In this document: positions 1 through 7,178 of the stretch, piece by piece
Numbering within the stretch: the stretch's first letter is position 1
Layout: each line of letters begins with the position of its first letter
Source: Planctomycetota bacterium
GTDB taxonomy: Bacteria > Planctomycetota > UBA1135 > UBA2386
Assembly (NCBI GenBank): GCA_965228735.1
Contig: OZ245838.1
Span: 4,256,001-4,320,000, forward strand
Length of the DNA stretch: 64,000 nt
Direction: 5' to 3'
Notes under the pieces: generated by a model
The model's database searches: none
What the model saw: the letters and a program-made list of their open reading frames with translations, nothing else
Told to the model about the DNA's origin: nothing
Program-made: the position numbers and the translations under genes

Positions 1-1821
1 GCCCGACTCGGTGACCTGGCCGTTGAAGCCGGTGTACGCCCACGAGACCGACTCCCCCGTCACGTCGGCGTAGCGCCAGAGCGTGCACCAGTGCGAGGCG
101 TCGTTGGTGTCGTGCGCGAGGCCGGTCACGGCGCGCTTGCTCGACAGGCCGGCATCGAGTTGGACCGGTGGCCGGGTCACGGTCGGCGCGGGCGCGGAGT
201 CCGGCCAGTCGAAGCGTTCGAGGTGGATCTCGGAACCATCCGGGCCGCTCGGCTTGCCCGCGGCCGTCGAGCTCGCGAACGCGACCGCGTAGCGGCCACC
301 CGTGCCCTCGACGACCGGCGCCAGCTGATGGCGGCCCGAGCTCCCGATCGCGCTCGCGAACACCCCGCTCGCGACGCTCCCGGCGCTGTCGACGCGACGC
401 CCGACGACGTTCCACCGGCTGGAGCCGATCGCCCGGTAGGACTGATACGCGACGACCCACGACGACGGCTGAGCGGCCGGCCCGCGGGCAACACGATTGA
501 CCGCGGGCCGCTCGAAGTCGGTGATCGGCGAGTCGGCGATCGCGAACTGGGCCCCGAACGTGCCGGCCGGGGTCGTCGCATCGAGCACCACGCCGTGGAT
601 CGCGCTGAACGCCGAGTTGGCGAGCACGCCGCCCTGCAGCGTGTTGTCCTCGCGCTGACAGACCACGAGCGCCTGATGGCCGTCATCGTTGGCCTGCACC
701 CCACCGACATCCGGCCGCCAGTCGTTGTGGCCCGCCGGGGGCGTGAGGAACGCCACGGTCGCCGACGCCGTCGTCGAACCGCTGTCGTGCACGCGCACCC
801 GCACGCGACTCGAACCGCTCGCGAAGAGCCGGCGCATCGCGATCACCCAGCGATCCGCGCCACCGACGAACGCGCAGGACGGAGCGTCCGTCGTCCACGA
901 CGCCGTGATGTCGCTGAACACGAGCGCGACGTTCTGGTAGCCCCCGTCGTAGAGGTGCGCGTAGAGGTCCTCGTCGGTCGCGGAGGCCGCGCGCGTGTGG
1001 ACGTAGAGGTTGGGCCACGCGAGCGACTCGGCATCGATCGCCAGATCGACCGCCCCGATGACACTGGTCGCGGTCCCTTGAGGAATGCCGAACGGGCCGA
1101 ACAGCGGGTCGATGACGATCGGCAGTTCGGCGGCCTCGAGCCACCCGCCGGGAACGGTCAACGTGACCTCGCCGTCGTCGTGGGCCGTCAGGACGTCCAC
1201 GCGGCGGCCCGCAGCGTCGAACGCGACACCCGCGCCGTATTCGACGATCGGTCGGCCCGTCGCATCGACGAACGTGAGCGCCTGGTGCGCGGCCGCGACG
1301 TTCTTCGTCCGCAACTTCGACGTGACCGCACCGCGCACGATCAGGTCCCCGGCGGAGCCGCCGGGCAGCTCAGCGATCACGAACGTCTGCTCGAGCCCGT
1401 CGGACCGCACGTCGTAGGCCTCGGTGATGCCGCTGCCGAGGCGGTACTCGCAGCGATACTCGCCGACCGGAACCGGCTCGGGTCGCGCGCCCGCTGGCAG
1501 CAGCTCCGCTACGCCGAATCGGACCCCGATCGTCCGCCACGCCAGCGGCTGGTTGTGCGGGTAGTCGTGCCCGAGGTACGGCACGAACGTCATGCCGCCG
1601 TGGAACGAGGCCTTGTAGCCGTCGCCGGCGCACCAAAGGCCGTAGTCCTGCCCCTCGTCCGCCGGTGCCGAGTGGATCGGGACGCGCACCAGCGGGGGGC
1701 GCACCGGAGGGTTCGCCGGGAGGTTCGCCTCGGCGTCGACGGTCGCCGGCGGGCCGGCCTGGGCGGGGGCGACGGCGCTCAGGACGCCGCCGACGAACAC
1801 CGTGAAGAGTCGTTCTCGCAT
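1..1821 (-). CDS. Secreted hypothetical protein, 3' end outside the window (>=607 aa)
   Basis: Absent from the ORF track because it runs off the edge. Hand translation from ATG 1821 gives MRERLFTVFVGGVLSAVAPAQ (signal peptide), then ...YGLWCAGDGYKASFHGGMTFVPYLG...ITEAYDVRSDGLEQTFVI...LPIVIDP..., with strong GC3 bias. Confidence 0.85.
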   Translation of the reverse strand, partial: MRERLFTVFVGGVLSAVAPAQAGPPATVDAEANLPANPPVRPPLVRVPIHSAPADEGQDYGLWCAGDGYKASFHGGMTFVPYLGHDYPHNQPLAWRTIGVRFGVAELLPAGARPEPVPVGEYRCEYRLGSGITEAYDVRSDGLEQTFVIAELPGGSAGDLIVRGAVTSKLRTKNVAAAHQALTFVDATGRPIVEYGAGVAFDAAGRRVDVLTAHDDGEVTLTVPGGWLEAAELPIVIDPLFGPFGIPQGTATSVIGAVDLAIDAESLAWPNLYVHTRAASATDEDLYAHLYDGGYQNVALVFSDITASWTTDAPSCAFVGGADRWVIAMRRLFASGSSRVRVRVHDSGSTTASATVAFLTPPAGHNDWRPDVGGVQANDDGHQALVVCQREDNTLQGGVLANSAFSAIHGVVLDATTPAGTFGAQFAIADSPITDFERPAVNRVARGPAAQPSSWVVAYQSYRAIGSSRWNVVGRRVDSAGSVASGVFASAIGSSGRHQLAPVVEGTGGRYAVAFASSTAAGKPSGPDGSEIHLERFDWPDSAPAPTVTRPPVQLDAGLSSKRAVTGLAHDTNDASHWCTLWRYADVTGESVSWAYTGFNGQVTESG

Positions 1822-1924
1822 CGCATCCTGAGCAGCGAGAGGACGCCGGCGATCGACTGCCGAATCCCGGCAAACCCGAGCGGTCGCCGCAACTCTCTGT
1901 CAGGCTCCGAGCTGGGTCGACACC

Positions 1925-2248
1925 TCAGTTCGCCGCGGGCGCTCGGCGCGCCTCGTGCTCCGCCACCCACTCGCCGAAGCGCCGGTCGACGAAGAACGGA
2001 ACCAGCGGCAGCAGCGCGGCGAGGAAGACGCCGACGACGCGGCCGAACGGCCACCGCGCTTCGAAGACGACGCGCACGATGCCGAAGCAGAACACCGCGA
2101 AGAGCAGACCGTGCGCCCAGCCCATGACCTTGACGCCGAGCGGTTCGTCCCAGACGTACTTCATCGGCATCGCGATGAACACGAGCAGGACGTAGGACAC
2201 GGCCTCGACGAAATTGGCGACTCGCAGGAACTGGACGGGGTTCTTCAT
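1925..2248 (-). CDS. DUF3817-type small integral membrane protein
   Basis: FLRVANFVEAVSYVLLVFIAMPMKY...GWAHGLLF...LPLVPFFVDR pattern; three hydrophobic segments. Confidence 0.85.
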   Translation of the reverse strand: MKNPVQFLRVANFVEAVSYVLLVFIAMPMKYVWDEPLGVKVMGWAHGLLFAVFCFGIVRVVFEARWPFGRVVGVFLAALLPLVPFFVDRRFGEWVAEHEARRAPAAN

Positions 2249-2258
2249 GCCGTTTCGT

Positions 2259-3836
2259 TCAGCCGCCGAGGATCTCAGCGCGGGGGATCGTGCGGACGGG
2301 CCCGATGTTGGGGTGGGTTTCGCTCGGCTCGGTGTCGGGAACGGGGATCACACCGGCCGCGAGATCGCGTTCGAGCAGCTGCGTGAGCCGGGCGAACAAC
2401 ACCCAGGCCTTGAGCCGGATGCCGAGCTCGTTGTGGTGGATCGCGTCGATCGCGAGTGCCGGCTCTTGCGGCAGCTCGCCCGCGACATCGATCAGGTCGA
2501 CGTCGCGATCCTGCGCCCACGCGGTGAAGAAGCGGTTCTGCACGTCGGCGAGGATTCGCACGTTGGCATACGAGAACGGCCAGTACGAGCGATTCAAGTG
2601 CACGTGGATGTGCGCGCCGAGCACCGGGTCGACGGCCATGTCGGCCGCAGCGAGCCACCAGAACGTGCAGAGCACGAGTTTGCCGCCGCGCCCGGTGACG
2701 AGGCCGTGAATGCGATCGAGGTCCTTGCCGATGCGGCCGCAGCGCAGCACTTCGCCGGCGCGTGCGAGCGGGAACGGCTCAGCCAACAGTTCGGGTGCGA
2801 GCGTGATCGATTGCTTCGGCTTCGGCGGTTCTGTGAGCGGCTCACCCGTCGCCGCCATCGCGTTGCGGAAGCGCTGCGCGATCGCCGAATGGTCCGCGAG
2901 CCCGTCGAGCCACGTCGCGTCCGGTGCGGACACGCCGTCGTGCGTGCCGACGACGAGCTCGGGCGGCGGCTGCCCGACGCGATACTCGCCCTCGACCGCG
3001 ATGTGCTCGTCGAGCACCGGCGGCCCGAACTGGTTGGCGCCCTCGTAGTAGACGAGGTAGTCGATCGCGAGCGGCAGCACCTCGTCGCGCACGATCGCGT
3101 GGATGTCCGGCGACTTGATCGCCTCCCGCGCCGCGTTGATCGTCTCGAAGCGCACGTCCAGGCCCTTCTTCGCGGCCCACAGCGACAGCCAGTGCTCGAT
3201 GAGTTCGGGCGCGCTGTGCGGATACCCCGGCGCCTCGACCGTCGTCGACGCGCCGACGAACGCGATGCGCACGGTCCGCTCGCCCTTATCGACCTCGAGG
3301 TCACGACCGCGGAAGCCGAAGCGGTTGGTCACGAGCCCGGTCGGCAGCGTGCGCGAGACCGGGTACCGATAACCCGGGAACCGCGTGCCGCTCGGCGGAT
3401 CGAACACCATGAACTCGGCCGGCGGCGTGAGCACCGGACTGCCGAGCAGCGCGCGGATCTCCGGTGACCGCAGCTTCTTCTCGTTGAGCACGTAGTAGTG
3501 GAACGTGCGGTCGAGCTGTGACACGACGGGGCGGTCGAGCGGCGGCTGCGGCAGCAGCGGCGGCGGCGAGGTCCGCAGCCAGTCGAGGTCGAGGTCCGGG
3601 TTCGCCGTCGCCTGTGCGTCCTGAAACCGGTCGACGACGGCCGGCGCGAACGCGAGTGCCGCAGCCGGGTCCTTCGCCGTGCCGTCGGACTCGAGCCGCA
3701 GCGCGAACAGCTGGTAGCCGGCGGCGACCCGCAGCACGCCCTCGCCGAGGACCACGCAGAACAGCAGGGTCCCGAGCAGCAGCGCGAGGCGCGCGAGCAG
3801 GCGGCGAGAGCGGCGAGTCCGGGGCCCGGTGGTCAC
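2259..3836 (-). CDS. Membrane-anchored SGNH/GDSL-hydrolase-like protein
   Basis: N-terminal TM (LALLLGTLLFCVVLGEGVLR), TNRFGFRG, RIAFVGASTT (block I), YEGANQ, DAIHHNELG (DxxH). Start moved to GTG 3836, which has TACCCT 6 nt upstream. Confidence 0.7.
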   Translation of the reverse strand: MTTGPRTRRSRRLLARLALLLGTLLFCVVLGEGVLRVAAGYQLFALRLESDGTAKDPAAALAFAPAVVDRFQDAQATANPDLDLDWLRTSPPPLLPQPPLDRPVVSQLDRTFHYYVLNEKKLRSPEIRALLGSPVLTPPAEFMVFDPPSGTRFPGYRYPVSRTLPTGLVTNRFGFRGRDLEVDKGERTVRIAFVGASTTVEAPGYPHSAPELIEHWLSLWAAKKGLDVRFETINAAREAIKSPDIHAIVRDEVLPLAIDYLVYYEGANQFGPPVLDEHIAVEGEYRVGQPPPELVVGTHDGVSAPDATWLDGLADHSAIAQRFRNAMAATGEPLTEPPKPKQSITLAPELLAEPFPLARAGEVLRCGRIGKDLDRIHGLVTGRGGKLVLCTFWWLAAADMAVDPVLGAHIHVHLNRSYWPFSYANVRILADVQNRFFTAWAQDRDVDLIDVAGELPQEPALAIDAIHHNELGIRLKAWVLFARLTQLLERDLAAGVIPVPDTEPSETHPNIGPVRTIPRAEILGG

Positions 3837-3929
3837 CCGCGGAGGGTAGCGGGTCACCCGCGATCGCGCGCGAACTGCGATTCCTGGATTCGGTCGAATA
3901 CCCTGGGGAACCTGCTGGCACTGACCAGT

Positions 3930-4496
3930 GTGTCCACCGCGATCACGATCTTGGCTTTCGACGACAGCGACCCGCGGGCGGCGGCCCCCGCCGATACCGA
4001 TCGGGCCGAGCGCGCGGTGCGGCGGCATCTGCGGCCGGTCTGGCGCTATCTGCGGATGCACGGCGCGCGCGCCGACGAGGCCGACGACCTGACGCAGGAA
4101 GCGTTCGCGATCGCCGCGGAGAAAGACGCCCTCGGGCTCGACGACGCCGCCACGTTCTCGTTCCTGCGCCGGACCGCGCGCTTCCTCCTGCTCCGGCGGC
4201 GGCGTGGCGGTCGCGAAGCCAAGCTGCTCGCCGATGCCGTCGACGCGCTCTGGACGGAGGACGCCGAGCGCGAGGCCGACGGTGACGGCCTGCTCGCGGC
4301 GCTGCGAAGTTGCCTGGAACGACTCGCCCCCCGTTCGCGGCGCGCGGTCGAACTCGCCTACGGCTTCGGGGACGACGAGCCCATGAGCCGCAAGGCGATC
4401 GCAGCGGAGCTCGAACTCACCGAGAACGGCGTCAAGACGCTCATGCAGCGCGCCCGCGGTGCGCTGCGCGAATGCCTCGACCGGAGGCCGCGATGA
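3930..4496 (+). CDS. ECF RNA polymerase sigma factor (sigma-70 family)
   Basis: Region 2 (VWRYLRMHGARADEADDLTQEAF) and region 4 (SRKAIAAELELTENGVKTLMQRARGALRECL). Confidence 0.9.
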   Translation: MSTAITILAFDDSDPRAAAPADTDRAERAVRRHLRPVWRYLRMHGARADEADDLTQEAFAIAAEKDALGLDDAATFSFLRRTARFLLLRRRRGGREAKLLADAVDALWTEDAEREADGDGLLAALRSCLERLAPRSRRAVELAYGFGDDEPMSRKAIAAELELTENGVKTLMQRARGALRECLDRRPR

Positions 4497-5605
4497 CCTC
4501 GAACGGCCAAGACGACTTTCACGATCGCAGTCCACAGGAGAACGACATGTCCGACACTGCCGACTTCGCCGCGCACGCGCGCGATCTTCAGCTCGACGCG
4601 TTGCTGCACGAGGCCGCCGGCGAGGCGCCGAGCCCGAGCCTCGCCGATCGCATTCTCGAAGCGCTGCCGACCCCGGGCGGCAGCCGGACCAGGGCGCGCA
4701 GCTGGCAGCGCCAATGGCTCGCGGCGGCCATCGTGCTGTTCGCGGTCACGGTCGTCGGGGGCATCGCGTATCTGCAGCGCGGCGGCGATTCGGGCAGCGC
4801 GCCGGCCGCCGTCCCGGCGGAGCAGGACCCGCAGGGCGGCGGCCAGGATCCGCTGCCGACCAAGCGGCGCGTCGCGAACGACCTGCCGATCACGGTCATC
4901 GCCGACTACAGCGACAACCGGGTCATCGTCCTGGCCGGCAATCGGATACGGTCGATCATGGAAAACGTGTTCGGCGCGTGGGACGCCGAGCTGACGCCCG
5001 ATGGCGGCGTGCTCGTCACCGAGTTCTCCGTGAGCCGCGTCCAGCGCTACAACCGCCGAGGCAAGGTCGTGTGGGCCTACGAGAAGCTGAAGAACCCGTA
5101 CGACGCGGACCTGCTGCCGAGCGGCAACGTGCTCATCGCGGACACGTTCGCCGGCCGCGTGGTCGAGGTCAACGCGAGCGGCGAGGAGGTCTGGGAGTAC
5201 GACGGGAACATCCGGCCGTTCGACGTCGACCGCCTGCCCAACGGCAACACGCTGATCGCCGACGTCATTCAGGACCGCGTCATCGAGGTGAACCGCGACG
5301 GCGAGATCGTCTGGCAGGTCGGCGAGGTGCCCAACGTGCACGACGCGGATCGCCTGGCGAATGGCAACACCCTGATCACGCTGCGCAACAAGGGGACGGT
5401 GCTCGAAGTCGACCCCAAGGGCACGATCGTCTGGCAGGTCGAGAAGCTCAGCAGCCCGAGCGACGCCGACCGACTGCCCAATGGCAACACCCTGATCGCG
5501 GAGAACACCCGGGTTCGCGAGTTCGACGAGGACGGCAAGGTCGTCTGGCAGTTCCGCACGACGTGGGCCGTCGAGGTGAACCGCACCTACGAGAAGGGCC
5601 TGTAG
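4493..5605 (+). CDS. Putative anti-sigma factor with one TM helix and an extracytoplasmic beta-propeller
   Basis: ATGA overlap with the sigma stop; LDALL...LADRIL..WLAAAIVLFAV anti-sigma-like N-terminus; ~40-aa repeats P.DADRLPNGNTLIA...V.EV...G.IVW. Confidence 0.75.
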   Translation: MTSNGQDDFHDRSPQENDMSDTADFAAHARDLQLDALLHEAAGEAPSPSLADRILEALPTPGGSRTRARSWQRQWLAAAIVLFAVTVVGGIAYLQRGGDSGSAPAAVPAEQDPQGGGQDPLPTKRRVANDLPITVIADYSDNRVIVLAGNRIRSIMENVFGAWDAELTPDGGVLVTEFSVSRVQRYNRRGKVVWAYEKLKNPYDADLLPSGNVLIADTFAGRVVEVNASGEEVWEYDGNIRPFDVDRLPNGNTLIADVIQDRVIEVNRDGEIVWQVGEVPNVHDADRLANGNTLITLRNKGTVLEVDPKGTIVWQVEKLSSPSDADRLPNGNTLIAENTRVREFDEDGKVVWQFRTTWAVEVNRTYEKGL

Positions 5606-5671
5606 CGGTCGCCGGTCAGGCGGCCACCGCGCGCCTGGACTGCCGGCCGGCCCGCGCTACGGTCGGCGGCG

Positions 5672-7120
5672 ATGGACCCGACCCGCGACGACGATCCGCT
5701 GCCCCCGCGGCTGCGCGCGTGGCAGGTCGTCGCGGTCTTCGGCGTCGCGCTCGTCGTGCTGCTGCTCGGGCCGCAGCGCGGGGTGCACGGCGTCGACGGG
5801 CACACGTTCGCGGTCTGGGTCGAAGAAGGTGCGACCGCGGTCTACTCGCGGCACATCGGTTACCTGTGGCTCTGCGGGCTCGTCTACGCGGGGCTCGAAC
5901 CGGCCGGCGCGACGGGGCACGACGCGCTGCTCGTCGCCTCCGCGCTCGGCAGCGCCGGCGGGCTCGCGTTGCTGACCCTGGCCTTCGCCCGTCTCTTCCC
6001 GGGGCGCATTCACCCGGTGCTCGGCGCGCTCGCCGTCGTCGCGACGCCGAGCTGGCTCTACTTCGCGACGATCGGTGAGATCCCCGGCGTGCTCGCGGCC
6101 GGCGTCGGGCTGTCGTGGTGGCTGTTCGCGCGCTGGCTCGATCGACCGACCGCGATCGCGGCGGCGGCGCTCGGCGTCTGCACGGCGCTGACGGCGACGC
6201 TGCACGCGCTCGGACACCTCCTGCCGATCGCGCTGCCGGCCGTGGCGTTCGTCCTGCGACGGCTGCCAGAACGCGGACGAGTCGGTCAGGCCGTCGCGAT
6301 GCTCGTCGCCCACTTCGGGCTCGCGACCCTGCTGTCCGTGCTGCTCGCGCGCGGCGCCAGCGGCCAGGCCGACGACATCGCGTTCGCGTTCGAAGAACGG
6401 TGGGCGACGTTCGCGCCTTTGACCACGCCCGCGGTGTTCTGGCGCGAGTGGATCGTGCCGTACCTGCCGTGGTCGATCGGCGCGTTCGTGGCCCTCGCGC
6501 ACCCGGCGTCCCGCAAGGTCGCGCTCGCGGCCCTCGTGGCGTTCCTGCTCTACCTGCCGGCCAACGTCGTGTTCCTCGGCTTCTACGAGCTGCACGAACG
6601 CGGCGCCTACTTCGCGCCCGTCGCACCGCTGCTCTTCATCGCCGTCGCGCATCGCACCACGGCGCGCCGGTTTCTCGTCATCGCCGCGGTCGGCCTCGTC
6701 GTCACAGTGATCAGCGTCGCGCCGGGCTGGCGCAACCCCGTGCCGCCGGAGTTCGGCACCGGCGTCGCGGAGCTCAACGCCGAGCGGCCGCTCGCGCTCG
6801 TCGTCGCCAACGAGGACGAGCTCGCGGGCGCGCGCACCGCGACCCGCGGCCTCGTGCTCATGGACCTCGCCGCGGTCGTGAGCGCCTACGAGCAGCAGCC
6901 GAAGCCGAAGCCCGGGTTCGCCGGCTGGTTCGACCTCTGGTTCGGACAGCTGCGGCGGCAGGGTCTCGACGTCGTGTTCAGCGCGGCGACGGGCGCGATG
7001 CTGAGCACGACGGAGTATCCGGGCATGGCCGCGTTCTGGAACGAGCACCTGCCACAGAACTACGCGCTCGCGGAGGTCGAACGCCTCGGGTTCCGCGGCA
7101 CGTTCGTGCGGCCGAAGTAG
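5672..7120 (+). CDS. Polytopic membrane protein (possibly GT-C glycosyltransferase-like)
   Basis: About 10 hydrophobic segments followed by a soluble C-terminal domain; GC3 bias. The function is a guess. Confidence 0.6.
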   Translation: MDPTRDDDPLPPRLRAWQVVAVFGVALVVLLLGPQRGVHGVDGHTFAVWVEEGATAVYSRHIGYLWLCGLVYAGLEPAGATGHDALLVASALGSAGGLALLTLAFARLFPGRIHPVLGALAVVATPSWLYFATIGEIPGVLAAGVGLSWWLFARWLDRPTAIAAAALGVCTALTATLHALGHLLPIALPAVAFVLRRLPERGRVGQAVAMLVAHFGLATLLSVLLARGASGQADDIAFAFEERWATFAPLTTPAVFWREWIVPYLPWSIGAFVALAHPASRKVALAALVAFLLYLPANVVFLGFYELHERGAYFAPVAPLLFIAVAHRTTARRFLVIAAVGLVVTVISVAPGWRNPVPPEFGTGVAELNAERPLALVVANEDELAGARTATRGLVLMDLAAVVSAYEQQPKPKPGFAGWFDLWFGQLRRQGLDVVFSAATGAMLSTTEYPGMAAFWNEHLPQNYALAEVERLGFRGTFVRPK

Positions 7121-7125
7121 CGGCC

Positions 7126-7176
7126 GTTCGAACCCGGGGTTCGAACCCGGCGGTTTGAACCAGGTTCGGTACGGGT
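7126..7176. repeat. Intergenic palindromic repeat, related to the element at 21192-21276
   Basis: GTTCGAACCCGG occurs twice (7126, 7139); 7146-7176 matches 21247-21277 at 28/31 nt. Confidence 0.75.
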
Positions 7177-7178
7177 GC

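Noticed and set aside
91..2127. 678-aa + strand ORF
   Set aside because: Arg-rich antisense shadow of the minus-strand secreted gene.
3837..4535. N-terminal 233 codons of the 758-aa ORF
   Set aside because: Overlaps the ECF sigma gene on the other strand; the real start is better placed at GTG 3836.
7126..7176. tRNA gene or tRNA-Sec suggested by GGTTCGAACC (T-arm-like)
   Set aside because: Only 58 nt between stop codons, no acceptor, D or anticodon arms; the motif is part of a palindromic repeat.
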